A stretch of DNA of 64,000 nt from NCBI GenBank assembly GCA_963709345.1, contig CAVPVX010000003.1, positions 32,001 through 96,000 on the forward strand. The letters run 5' to 3'. Shown one piece after another: positions 1 through 9,710 of this stretch (positions within the stretch are counted from its first letter, which is position 1; every line of letters begins with the position of its first letter). The notes beneath the pieces were generated by a model, which searched no databases, was not told where the DNA came from, and worked only from the letters and a program-made list of their open reading frames with translations. This stretch comes from an uncultured Actinomycetes bacterium. Lineage in GTDB: Bacteria; Actinomycetota; Thermoleophilia; UBA2241. The position numbers and the translations under genes were made by a program.

Positions 1-1280
1 GAGCGCGTGGCGATGATCGCCGGGACGTTGCAGCCGGCGGCGGCGATCAGCGGGATGATCGCGCGGCCGTGCAGCCCGACGCGGTGCATGATCCGGTCGC
101 TGAGAAAGGCGGCGGCGTTCATGTAGCCGGTGTCCTCGACGAACGCGAGGATGAAGTAGAAGGTCAGGATGTACGGGATGCCGACGGCGAGCGTCGCAAG
201 GATGCCTCCGTCGACCCCCCAGAGCACGACTCTGCCGACGGTGCCGTCGCCGAATATCGCCTCGACGACGCCGACGACGGCCGGGGAGATCCAGGCAGTC
301 CAGGCGGCGGTGAGCAGCCGTGCGAGCACGTCGCCGACCAAGAAGAGCGTGGCGAAGACGGCGGTGATCACGCCGAGCAGGATGGGGATCCCGGTGCGCG
401 GCACGGTGGTGAGGCGCCACCAGCGATCGGCGCTGCCGGGCGCGTCCTGAGCCACCGCCGCCAGCGCTCGCGCCTCGGCGTGCCGCGCCTTGGCGATCTC
501 CAGCGCCAGCCCCTCGTCGGCGTCGGTCAGACCGCCGCGCGCGTCGAGTTCGAGCTGTGCGACGATGTCGGCGTCGCCCTCGAGGGCAGCGAACGCGGCC
601 GCACGCGTCCCGAGCCCGCCGGGCGGCCTGAGGCTGTCCTCGGGCCGCATCTCGATGTGGAGAGCGAGCTCCCCGACGCGCTGCTCCACATCGGGCGGGA
701 GTGGCGTGCCCGCGGTCTCGCCGAGCCCGCCGCCCGCCGAAACGGCCAGGATGGCCGCCTCGAGGTCGTCGAGCCCGGTCCCGCGCGGCGCAACCGTGGG
801 GACTACGGGCACGCCGAGGTCGCGAGCGAGCGCCTCTGCGTCGGGCATGCGCCCCCGGCGCCGCGCCTCGTCGGAGAGATTGAGCGCCACGACCACGCGA
901 TAGCCGAGATCGAGGAGTTGGAGCGGTAGGTACAGGCTGCGCGCCAGGTTGGTCGCGTCGACCACGGCGACGATGACGTCCGGGCGCTGATCCAGGAGCG
1001 CCGTCCGGGCCGCGTGCTGGTCTTCGCCGGGCCCGACCATCGCGTAACTCCCCGGCAGGTCGACGACCTCGATGCGTCTGCCCCCCCAGCGCGTGCAGGC
1101 CGTGCACGCCTCCACGGTCACGCCGGCGCAATGCGCGGTCTCCTGTCCCGAGCCGGTGAGCGAATTGAACAGCGACGACTTGCCGACGTTCGGATTGCCG
1201 GCGAGACAGACGACCAGAGGCTCACCGGCGGGACGCGCCGGCGCCGGGTCGCCCCGGTCCTGTCGAAGCGCCGTCGCCAT
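1..1280 (-). CDS. feoB: Ferrous iron transport protein B (3' part runs off the window)
   Basis: Manual minus-strand translation from ATG at 1280: MATALRQ...CLAGNPNVGKSSLFNSLTG (G1), GVTVE (G2), VDLPGSY (G3), VVALNLSD (G4), then hydrophobic segments; lies directly downstream of the DtxR/FeoA regulator. Confidence 0.88.
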   Translation of the reverse strand, partial: MATALRQDRGDPAPARPAGEPLVVCLAGNPNVGKSSLFNSLTGSGQETAHCAGVTVEACTACTRWGGRRIEVVDLPGSYAMVGPGEDQHAARTALLDQRPDVIVAVVDATNLARSLYLPLQLLDLGYRVVVALNLSDEARRRGRMPDAEALARDLGVPVVPTVAPRGTGLDDLEAAILAVSAGGGLGETAGTPLPPDVEQRVGELALHIEMRPEDSLRPPGGLGTRAAAFAALEGDADIVAQLELDARGGLTDADEGLALEIAKARHAEARALAAVAQDAPGSADRWWRLTTVPRTGIPILLGVITAVFATLFLVGDVLARLLTAAWTAWISPAVVGVVEAIFGDGTVGRVVLWGVDGGILATLAVGIPYILTFYFILAFVEDTGYMNAAAFLSDRIMHRVGLHGRAIIPLIAAAGCNVPAIIATR

Positions 1281-1284
1281 CGGC

Positions 1285-1944
1285 TCAGCCGCGCACGAGG
1301 ATCTTGTCGGTGACCTCACGGCCGAGGGCGTACTGCGACCCGCCCACACGGACCAGGAGGGGGCCGTTGAACGGCGCCACACTCTCGACCATGACGGGCG
1401 TGTCGGGCAGCAGGCCGAGCGAAGCGAGATAGCGCAGCAGTTCGCGACTCTCCTCGGCGATGCAGCCGATGACGGTCTCCTGGCCGGGGGCGACCCCGGA
1501 CAGCGGACGCAGATCCTCTTCGACGAGCGATCCGTCTTCGGCGGGGATGACGTGCCCGTGCGGGCAGGTGCGCGGGTTCCCGAGGTACTCGGCCAGCCGG
1601 GCCTCCACCTCCGGGCTGAGAACGTGCTCGAGCTTGCACGCCTCGTCGTGTACCTCGTCCCACGGCATGTCGAGGTAGTCGACGAGGAAGCGCTCGCTGA
1701 GGCGATGCCGGCGCACGAGAGTCGCACCCTCGACATCGCCTTGCGCCGTCAGGAAGATGCCGCGTCCCTCGCTCGGCTCCCGGACCAGACCGGCCGCCCG
1801 CAGCCGGCCGATCATCTCGGAGACCGAGGAAGGCGCCACGCCAAGCTCATCGGCAACTCGTTTGACCGTGACGGGCTCGGGACCGCGCTGCAGCTTGAAA
1901 AGCGCCTCGAGGTACTCCTCGGCGCTCTGCGTTCGTGTGCTCAC
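1285..1944 (-). CDS. DtxR/MntR-family metal-dependent repressor with C-terminal FeoA (SH3-like) domain
   Basis: EEYLEALF, RRHRLSERFL, EACKLEH and CPHGHVIP motifs; C-terminal LGLLPDTPV..APFNGP FeoA motif; GTG start preceded by GAAGGGAG. Confidence 0.93.
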   Translation of the reverse strand: MSTRTQSAEEYLEALFKLQRGPEPVTVKRVADELGVAPSSVSEMIGRLRAAGLVREPSEGRGIFLTAQGDVEGATLVRRHRLSERFLVDYLDMPWDEVHDEACKLEHVLSPEVEARLAEYLGNPRTCPHGHVIPAEDGSLVEEDLRPLSGVAPGQETVIGCIAEESRELLRYLASLGLLPDTPVMVESVAPFNGPLLVRVGGSQYALGREVTDKILVRG

Positions 1945-2010
1945 GACACATCTCCCTTCGACGGATGCACCTGCCGCGTGGGGCCGCGAAGACGCACCCA
2001 TCACACAGCA

Positions 2011-2024
2011 TTAGGATACCCTAA
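2011..2024. promoter_or_regulatory. Candidate DtxR/SirR-type operator TTAGG-ATAC-CCTAA
   Basis: AT-rich inverted repeat upstream of the DtxR-feoB unit; resembles the TTAGGTTAACCTAA Sir-box core. Confidence 0.7.
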
Positions 2025-2117
2025 GGCTTCGTGAGAGGGAATCCTGACGTTAGTCAAGGGGATTGCCACACGCAATGAGGTAGGGACGCCTGGCTCGTGC
2101 CCGGACGGAGGCGGATC

Positions 2118-2193
2118 TGGAGCGGATGACGGGACTCGAACCCGCGATCTTCAGCTTGGGAAGCTGACGTGTTACCAGCTACACTACATCCGC
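2118..2193 (-). tRNA. tRNA-Gly (CCC)
   Basis: Reverse complement GCGGATGTAGTGTAGCTGGTAACACGTCAGCTTCCCAAGCTGAAGATCGCGGGTTCGAGTCCCGTCATCCGCTCCA folds as a cloverleaf with anticodon CCC and encoded CCA. Confidence 0.97.
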
Positions 2194-2255
2194 TCGCGCG
2201 CCTAGTTCACCACAGCGCGAGCAGCCCCGCAACTGCCGGCAGGGTGGCGGCGCCG

Positions 2256-3071
2256 TCAGGCATCGCCCTCCGAGAGCCGCAGGCAGGCGAGGAAGCCGCG
2301 ATAGACCTCCGCGAACGAAGTCCCGCCGATCTCGAGCGTGCGCCCGTCGAGCCGAATCGCGCCGGGACACGTCTCCGCGAGGTCGCAGAACGTCACGCGG
2401 GTGAAGGTGAGGCGGAGGGGCTCGCCGGACCAGACGAGCGGCGCCGGCGGAGGCGCCGGCGGCAGCGCCGCGGCGACGTCGGCGCGTATCATGGCGCGCG
2501 CGTCGTCGGGCGGGCAAAGGGCCGCCGCCTCTCGCCGCACCCCCGTCTTCACCACCGTGGTCGTGATGCCCGGGACCAGGGCCTCCGCCTCGGAGGCGGC
2601 CTTGTCGTCGCCGGAGAGGTACACGGCGGGCACGCCGCACTCGCCGGCCAGCAGGGCGGCGATCCCGAACTCCCCGACCTCGAGGTCACCGACGCGGGCC
2701 GAAAAGACCTTGTAGTTCCAGGTGTGCTCGAGCACGGCGGCGGCGGTACCGGCGCGCGCGTGGTAGCCAACGAACAGGGCGGCCGCGCAGTCCGGCCCGA
2801 GACCCTCGAGCATGCTCAGCGGCGACGGCGACCCGCCGTTCAGCGTGACGAAGGAAGGAAGGCCGGCGGCGTCGATGTTGCGCCCGTCGTCGTGCGCGTC
2901 GCAGACGACGACCTCGGCGGCGCCGGCCGCGGCGCAACCCTCGAGCACCGCGTCGAGATCGGCGCGCATGTGGACCCGGGCGCGCTGCGCCGCCGGGCCC
3001 TGCCGGTCGGTGTCGGCCTCGGTGACCACACCCGAGATGCCCTCCAGGTCGATGGCGACGAACAGCTTCAC
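2256..3071 (-). CDS. M55 family D-aminopeptidase (DppA-like)
   Basis: N-terminal IDLEGISGV, DAH, GYHA, LEHT and GEF zinc-ligand motifs. Confidence 0.92.
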   Translation of the reverse strand: MKLFVAIDLEGISGVVTEADTDRQGPAAQRARVHMRADLDAVLEGCAAAGAAEVVVCDAHDDGRNIDAAGLPSFVTLNGGSPSPLSMLEGLGPDCAAALFVGYHARAGTAAAVLEHTWNYKVFSARVGDLEVGEFGIAALLAGECGVPAVYLSGDDKAASEAEALVPGITTTVVKTGVRREAAALCPPDDARAMIRADVAAALPPAPPPAPLVWSGEPLRLTFTRVTFCDLAETCPGAIRLDGRTLEIGGTSFAEVYRGFLACLRLSEGDA

Positions 3072-3099
3072 GTGATCCCCCTCGGAGCGGACGCCGGCG

Positions 3100-4162
3100 T
3101 CACGGCAAGAGGGCGTCGGGCCGCCACTCGGCGCCCAGCCGCCGCGTCAGCGCCACGACGAGACGGACCGTGGACTCGAGGTCGTCGACGCTCGCCACCT
3201 CGAAGGGAGAGTGCATGTAGCGCATCGGCAGGCCGACGGTCAGGGTGGCTCCGCTCCCGGCGGCCATCAGCTCGTCGGCGTCGGTCTGCGTGTCGGCCGG
3301 ACAGGCCTTGACCTGCACGGGGATGCCTTCGGCGCCGGCCACGTCGCGTGCGAGCGCCAGCAGGGGCTCGTTGCTCCCGGCGCCACGCTCGAGCACGGGG
3401 CCGGCGCCCAGCTTGACCTCACCGCCGAGTTTCTTGGCGTCGGCCGCCGGCGTGTCGCTGCAGAAGTCACCGTCGAGCACGACTGTGACATCCGCCGCAA
3501 GCCGCCGCGCCATGGCCTTGGCTCCCATGAAGGTCGTTTCCTCGTGCACCGTCGCGACGCCGGTGAGGCGCGCCGCGCCGGGCGCGGCGGCGTACTGCTC
3601 GAGGGCGCGCAGCAGGCAGTACAGACCGGCGCGATCGTCGAGCGCCTGAGTGGCCACCACGCCGGGCGCGAGCTCGACGAAGTCCGGCGTGAAGGTCACC
3701 GGGTCGCCGATCGCGACGCGCCGAAACGCGGCGGCACGATCGGCGGCGCCGATGTCGAGGAACTGCTCGTCCAGCGGCGGCGCTTTGTCGCGCTCGTCCT
3801 CGGGGATGATGTGTGTCGGCTTGCGGCCGCCCACGGCGTGCACCGGGCCGGCGGAGCCGTGGATCACGAAGTGTCGCCCCGGAACGAGCAGCGGCGCCAC
3901 GCCGCCGATGCGGTCGACGAAGACGAAGCCGTGCTCGTCTACGAAGGTGACGATGAGGCCGATCTGGTCGGCGTGCGCAACGACGGCGACCTCCGGGCCG
4001 CTGTCGGCGCCGACCGTCAGCCACACGTTACCCAGCGGGTCCCCGCCCACGACGCCGAGAGGCGCCAAGTCGGCGGCGGACGATCTCCTGGACGGGCGCT
4101 TCGAAGCCCGTCGGCCCCGGGGCAAGACAAAGGTCACGCAACAGTCGCAGATCGGCGCTCAA
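3100..4162 (-). CDS. M42 family (TET-like) aminopeptidase; apparent frameshift near 4067
   Basis: N-terminus LRLLRDLCLAPGPTGFEAPVQEIVRRRL in one frame; DPLGN, HADQIG, ALDDRAG, HEE and RYMHS in another; TTG start after GGAGGAGG. Confidence 0.88.
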
Positions 4163-4305
4163 CGGTCGGCCTCCTCCACCTCGGGCGGCCCATTCTACTC
4201 CACGCGTAGTGGCGTGAGTTTGCGATGAAGGGGAATACGTAGCATGACATACGTACTGCGCACCTCTCTGGGTGCGGCCCACACCACACGACGGAGGGAG
4301 TCGTG

Positions 4306-4727
4306 ATGGACCAGTCAAGACCTAAGTGGCTGCGCAGCACCAAGGGCGCGCCCTTCACCGGCATCGGTTCACTCGAGGCGGACATTCTGTCTGTCGTCTG
4401 GGAGAAGGACCGGACCACCGTGCGCGCGGTCTACGAGACGCTGCGAGAGCGGCGCCAGATCGCCTACACGACGGTGATGACGGTGATGAACAATCTCGTC
4501 AAGAAGCACCTGCTCGCCCAGGACAAGAGCAACATCGCCTACGTCTACACGCCCGCCATCCCGGGCCGCGAGGTCGCGCAAGACGGTGCTCGACAGCGTC
4601 GTCCACAAGCTCATCGGCGGCCGGCCGGAAGTCGCGGTCTCCATGCTGCTCGAGCTGGACGAGGATCTGACCCGCCGAGCAATTCGAGGAACTCCGCGAC
4701 CGGGCACGCCGCGAGCACGGCGGCTGA
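4306..4727 (+). CDS. BlaI/MecI/CopY family transcriptional regulator; two apparent frameshifts (~4580, ~4672)
   Basis: LEADILSVVW..TVRAVYETL..IAYTTVMTVMNNLVKK..AYVY winged-helix motif; C-terminal dimerisation helices split over frames. Confidence 0.85.
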
Positions 4728-4783
4728 CGGGCGGCGCGCAGGGCCGGCGAGCGCAGCCGAAGGCCCGGCGCCGGCCTGACTGA

Positions 4784-6530
4784 CTACATCGACTCCGGCG
4801 CCTGAACGCCGAGCAGACCCAGGCCCGTCGCCAGCGTGGTGCGCGTCGCCGCGCAGACGGCGGCCCGGAACGCCGTCACGTCATCGTCGTCGCTGAGGAC
4901 GCGGCAGTTGCGGTAGAAGACGTGGAACTCCGCGGCGAGCTCGCCGAGGTAGTTGTGGATGCGGTGCGGGGCGCGCTGGTCGGCGGCGTCCAGGACGATC
5001 TCGGGGAAGCGCGCCAGGGTGCGCAGGAGCGAGCGCTCGTGCGCGTCCACGGACACCGCCGGCACCGCCGCACCGGCCGGCGTCGTCCCGGCGCGCCTTG
5101 AGGTTGCGGAGGATGCTGCAGATGCGCGCGTGCGCGTACTGGACGTAGTACACAGGGTTCTGGTTGCTCTGCTGCACGGCCAGGTCGAGGTCGAGCTCGA
5201 GTGTCGTGTCCTGCGACCGCCCCACCAGCAGGAAGCGCGCCGCGTCGACGCCGATCGCCTCCACGAGGTCGTCGACGGTCACGATGTCGCCCTTGCGCTT
5301 GCTCATCCGCTTGGCCTCGCCGCTCTCCCTCAGATTGACCAGTTGCCCGATGATGAGCTCCAGCCGGTCGGGGTCGTGGGGCGGCAGCGCGGTGAACGCG
5401 GCCTTCATCCGCGGCACGTAGCCGTGGTGATCGGCGCCCCAGATGTCGATCATGTGCTCGAACCCGCGATCCATCTTGTCGCGGTGATAGGCGATGTCGC
5501 TGAGGAAGTAGGTGGGGTCGCCGCTGCTCCGGATCAGCACGCGGTCCTTGTCGTCGCCGTAGCGCGTGGTGGTCAGCCACACGGCGCCGCCCTCCTCGTT
5601 GAGGAGACTCTCGCCGTCGAGGTCGGCCAGGGACTTGCCCACCTCCCCGCCGAAGCCCCGGTGCTCTCCGTCGCCGGCGTAGAGCGTGCTCTCCGTCGTC
5701 CAGACGTCGAAGGGCACGCGCAGACGCTCCAGGGTGATGCGGAACTGCGCGAGGATCGCGTCGCGGCCCCACAGCTTGATCTCGGTGACGATGTCGTCCG
5801 GCAGCGCCGCGACGTCCGGCGCGACCGCCTCGAGCGCTCCGCGGTACCGCTCGCCGACCGCGGCGATGAGCTCGTCGGCCAACTCGAGCAGGTAGTCGCC
5901 TTGATACCCCTCTTCCGGGATCGGCGTTTCCAGCCCGAACCGCTGCCCGTAGCGGGCGGCGAGCGACTGGCCGAAGCGCAGCATCTGCGTGCCGTAGTCG
6001 TTCACGTAGAACTCGCGCGTGACGTCGTGACCGGCGTAGGAGAAGACGCGGCAGAGCGCGTCGCCGAACGAGGCGTAGCGTGCGTGCCCGACGTGCAGCG
6101 GCCCGGTGGGGTTGACGCTCACGAACTCGACGTTCACCTTCTGGCGCCGCGCGACCGGGAGGCAGCCGCGGCCGTAGTCTTCGCCGTCGGCGAGCAGCCG
6201 CTGCAGCGCGCCGCGATACCACGCGTCGGCCAGAAACAGGTTGAGGAATCCGGGACCCGCCACCTCGATGCGCTCGCAGACGCCGACGCCGGGGCCGGTC
6301 AGCCAGCGCTCGCCCAGCTCTCCGGCGAGGTCGCGCGGCGCGCGCCCGGCGCGCTTGGCGCCAACGAGAGCTACGTTCGTGGTCAGGTCGCCGTGCTCGG
6401 GCCGCGCCGGCAGGGTGAGCTCCACGACCGGCGCGTCGCCGGGCTCGATGCTCGCGTCGCCCAGCAGCTCGTCGAGGACGGCCTGCAGCGAAGCCGCAAG
6501 GCCTTTGAGGTCAAAGAGGTCGTCGTTCAT
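4784..6530 (-). CDS. argS: Arginine--tRNA ligase; apparent frameshift ~5065-5095
   Basis: EFVSVNPTGPLHVGH, WGADHHGY, MSKRKG and YVQYAHARICSI; anticodon-binding C-terminus (FHVFY..LGVQAPESM) in a second frame. Confidence 0.96.
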
Positions 6531-6668
6531 GATGCACCGCCGGGTCGCCGGCGCCGGCCGGCGGCCGGCGCACCCGTGGATTCTAGCGTTCCGGGGACCG
6601 TTGTGCGCCGCGCTCCGGCGACCTCCGTCACGCGCGAGCGGCGGCTGCTCCGCCGGGCACCCGGCCGC

Positions 6669-7133
6669 TCAGTGATGATAGGGCTCGCGGCGCATGATCT
6701 TGCCGGCGCGGAAGAGCTGCTCGAGCAGGACCACGCGGGCGAGCTGGTGCGGCAGCGTCAGGTCTGAGAGCGAGAGCCGTGAGCTCGCCCGCTCAAGCAC
6801 CTCGGGCGCGAGCCCGAGCGAGCCGCCGATGACGAAGCCGGCGCCGCCGCGCTCGACGGCGGTTTGCAGCCGCCGGGCGAAGCTCTCGCTGTCGGCCGGC
6901 CTGCCGTCCACGACGAGCGCCGTGACGTCCGCCGACTGGGGCCAGGCGGCGAGGATGCGCCGCCCCTCGTCGCGGAGCACCTCGCCCTCGCTGCGACCGC
7001 GCAGCGAAACCTCGCGGACCTCGCGGACGACGACGTCGAAGCGCGGCTTGAGCAGGTCGAGGTAGTGACGCGCCGCCGGCGCGAGATCGCGGTGCAGCGA
7101 CCCGACGGCGACGATCTCTACGCGCGCCGCCAC
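6669..7133 (-). CDS. rlmH: 23S rRNA m3Psi1915 methyltransferase
   Basis: IVAVG, EG..IL, FVIGGSLGL, LSLSDLTLPHQLARVVLLEQLFRA..I....PYH SPOUT motifs. Confidence 0.93.
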   Translation of the reverse strand: MAARVEIVAVGSLHRDLAPAARHYLDLLKPRFDVVVREVREVSLRGRSEGEVLRDEGRRILAAWPQSADVTALVVDGRPADSESFARRLQTAVERGGAGFVIGGSLGLAPEVLERASSRLSLSDLTLPHQLARVVLLEQLFRAGKIMRREPYHH

Positions 7134-7144
7134 TCCCCGGGCGC

Positions 7145-8320
7145 TCAGGCGCGTGGCGGGCCGGAGTAGAAGGCGACACGACCCGGCCCCCCGGCCCGGG
7201 CCGTGTACATCGTCGTCGCAGCCTTCGCGACCAGCTCTTCCACGGTGCGGCCGTCGCCGGGGAAGCTCGCGACGCCGGCTGAGGCGGTCAGGGCGAGCTT
7301 CGTGCCGCCGACGTCGATGGCGAGGTCGTGCATGGCCCCAAGCACGCGCGCCAGCGCGACGTCGGCCTGCTGCTCGGCCGTCTCGGGCAGCACGAGCAGG
7401 AACTCGTCGGCGCCGTAGCGACACACGAGGTCGCAGCTGCGTAGCTGCGCCATGAGCGCCGCGGCCCAGTGACACAGGACCTCGTCGCCCGCCTCGCGGC
7501 CGTGCGCCTCGTTGACGGCCTGGAACTCGTCCAGATCGAGCATCACCACGACGACAGAGCGTTCGTGACGCTCCGCCCGCACCAGCTCGAAGGCGGCGCG
7601 CTCCCGCAACTGGCGGAAGTTGAGCAGGCCGGTGAGCGGATCGTGCGTCTCGTGCTCGCGACGCTCGTTGAGCAGACGCAGGTTGTCCAGCGCCACGTCG
7701 GCCTGGTCGGCGAGCTGCCCGAGCAGGCGGCGCTGCTCGACGGGGTGGAACCCGTTCTCCTGATACAGGTAGCCGATCTGCTCGCCGGCGTAGCCCTCGA
7801 ACTGGCAGACCGTGTCACCCAGACCGCAGCAGAGCGTCTCCTTGGTGAGGACCTCGGTGCCGGTGATGGTCTCGAGCACACCATCGATGATGCCGCGCTC
7901 GAAATCACACACGGGCGTCCCCGTGGGCGGCAGCCGGCGACAGCTGAGACAGTGGGCGAGCTTGACGAGCACGCGCTCCTCGTCCAGTTCCACCTCGAGC
8001 TCGCCGAGCCCCATGGCCGTGAACCAGTCCTTGAGAGCCTGGATGGAGGTGATGGCAAGGTCGCGGCTGAAACGCTTGCTGGCCAGGTAGAGGGCCGGTC
8101 CGGCGCTGGCGCCGAGGATCTCGGGGAGTATCGCGAACTGCAGAAGACGGAAGAGCGAAGCCGGCGCCGTCTCGTCGGCCGGCGTGGCCGCGAGGACCTC
8201 GTCGGCCCGCGGCCACACTCGCTTCTCCTCGGAAGTGGTGATCGCGATGACGCTGCGCAGCGTCCGCGCGAACACGGTCGCCAAAGACACCTCTTCCTGG
8301 GAACGGAGCGCCATGCCCAT
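7145..8320 (-). CDS. V4R domain plus GGDEF-family diguanylate cyclase-like protein (GADEF motif)
   Basis: V4R pattern GLG, HCLSC, CDFERG, ETLCCGLGDTVCQF; DPLTGLLN, DLDEFQAVN..HG...GD, RSCD I-site, RYGADEF. Confidence 0.88.
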   Translation of the reverse strand: MGMALRSQEEVSLATVFARTLRSVIAITTSEEKRVWPRADEVLAATPADETAPASLFRLLQFAILPEILGASAGPALYLASKRFSRDLAITSIQALKDWFTAMGLGELEVELDEERVLVKLAHCLSCRRLPPTGTPVCDFERGIIDGVLETITGTEVLTKETLCCGLGDTVCQFEGYAGEQIGYLYQENGFHPVEQRRLLGQLADQADVALDNLRLLNERREHETHDPLTGLLNFRQLRERAAFELVRAERHERSVVVVMLDLDEFQAVNEAHGREAGDEVLCHWAAALMAQLRSCDLVCRYGADEFLLVLPETAEQQADVALARVLGAMHDLAIDVGGTKLALTASAGVASFPGDGRTVEELVAKAATTMYTARAGGPGRVAFYSGPPRA

Positions 8321-8493
8321 CCTCTCTCTGCCGCCCGTCGGGGGTCGGGAGGCCATCCGCGTTCGAGAGCAGCCCGCATGCCCGCTGGGCGGCTCTGCTT
8401 ATACTATAGGGGAAGGAGAGGCCGCTGGGACCGTGAGCGCACCGTGCGCACCCGCGAAGCGTTGCCAGACCAGACCACACCTGGAGACGTCAG

Positions 8494-9108
8494 ATGCCCG
8501 AAGATCACGCCTGTTGGGCCGCGACAGCAGGGCCCCGCGCCGGCAGCAAGGCGAGCACACGGCGCCGCGTGCTCGCGGCCCGCGACGCGCTGCCCGAGGT
8601 GGAGCGCGCCCGCCTCAGCGACGCCGTGTGTGCCGCTGCGATCGCCCTTCAGGAGTTGCGCGACGCGGCGACCATCTTCTCCTTTGCCGCATTCAGGAGC
8701 GAGGTCGACACCGCGACGCTCACGGCCTGGGCGCTCGCCGCCGGCAAGGCGCTGTGCATGCCGCGCATCCTCGGCCCCCATGTCATGGCCGCCTACCGCG
8801 TCACCGACCCCGAAAGCGACCTGGTTCCCGGATCCTGGGGCATCCCGGAGCCACGAGAAGGCCTCCCGGAGGTGCCTCCGGAAATCGTTGATGCGGTCAT
8901 CGTCCCCGGCTCCGTGTTCGACCCCGCCGGCCGACGCTGCGGCTACGGCGGCGGCTTCTACGACACGTACATGGCTCGCACGCGTGCGGGCGTTCCCCGG
9001 ATCGCCTTGGCGTTCGAACTACAGATCGTGCCGGAGTTGGCGTGTGAGCCGCACGACCTGCCGGTGACGGCCATCGTCACTGAAAAGCGGGTCATCCGGC
9101 CCGGCTGA
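8494..9108 (+). CDS. 5-formyltetrahydrofolate cyclo-ligase
   Basis: SEVDT, WGIPEP, VIVPGSVFD..G.RCGYGGGFYD and HD...AIVTE motifs. Confidence 0.93.
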   Translation: MPEDHACWAATAGPRAGSKASTRRRVLAARDALPEVERARLSDAVCAAAIALQELRDAATIFSFAAFRSEVDTATLTAWALAAGKALCMPRILGPHVMAAYRVTDPESDLVPGSWGIPEPREGLPEVPPEIVDAVIVPGSVFDPAGRRCGYGGGFYDTYMARTRAGVPRIALAFELQIVPELACEPHDLPVTAIVTEKRVIRPG

Positions 9109-9691
9109 GCCCCAATGCCGCGGCCATGCCCGCGGCCAGTGCCTTCGCCGCGGCGATGAGATCCGCGTCGGCGGCGGCCTCTCCCGGCCCTTCGGCGTAG
9201 CCGCCCAGCGTGAAGACCGGCACTTCACGGTCGGTCGACAGCGCCACATAGCGGCGCAAGGCTGCCAGGGTATCGGCCAGACCGGTCTCCGCGGTGACGG
9301 CGATGAGGCCCACAGCCCGCGCCGCCAGCCACTGGTCGTGCGCGTACCTGAAGACATTGCGGTCGATGAAGGCCTTCATCTGCGCCGAGACGTTCTCGTA
9401 GTACACGGGGGATGCCAGGATCAGGCCGTCGGCGGCGTAGACGCTCTCGAGCACAGCGTGAGTATCGTCGTCCAGCGGGCACGCATCCAGGTCGGCACAC
9501 GCGGCATGAGCGAGACATGGAGCGACGGCCCGCTCGGCAAGTCTGATCGTCTCGCAGGTCGCGCCGAGAGCGGCCAGCTCGTCCAACGCCGCCTCGGCGA
9601 GAGCGGCGCTGTTGCTCTGGGCACGTGGGCTGCCGACGACGGCGAGAATCCGAGGTGCGGCAACGCGCACTGCGGGCCGGGCTTCGCTCAT
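9092..9691 (-). CDS. Flavodoxin-fold NADPH-dependent FMN reductase / iron-sulfur flavoprotein-like
   Basis: GSPRAQSNS, PCLAHAAC..C..DDD and ILASPVYY..VSAQMKAFIDR. Confidence 0.85.
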   Translation of the reverse strand: MSEARPAVRVAAPRILAVVGSPRAQSNSAALAEAALDELAALGATCETIRLAERAVAPCLAHAACADLDACPLDDDTHAVLESVYAADGLILASPVYYENVSAQMKAFIDRNVFRYAHDQWLAARAVGLIAVTAETGLADTLAALRRYVALSTDREVPVFTLGGYAEGPGEAAADADLIAAAKALAAGMAAALGLSRAG

Positions 9692-9710
9692 GACGAGGCC
9701 AGCCGGCGCG

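Noticed and set aside
4784-5100. Programmed frameshift in argS, DmpA or AOR
   Set aside because: No slippery heptamers are present and the indels cluster regionally, which fits sequencing error.
8321-8493. 6S RNA, which often precedes 5-formyl-THF cyclo-ligase
   Set aside because: The gap is only ~173 nt, must hold two divergent promoters, and shows no long rod with a central bubble.
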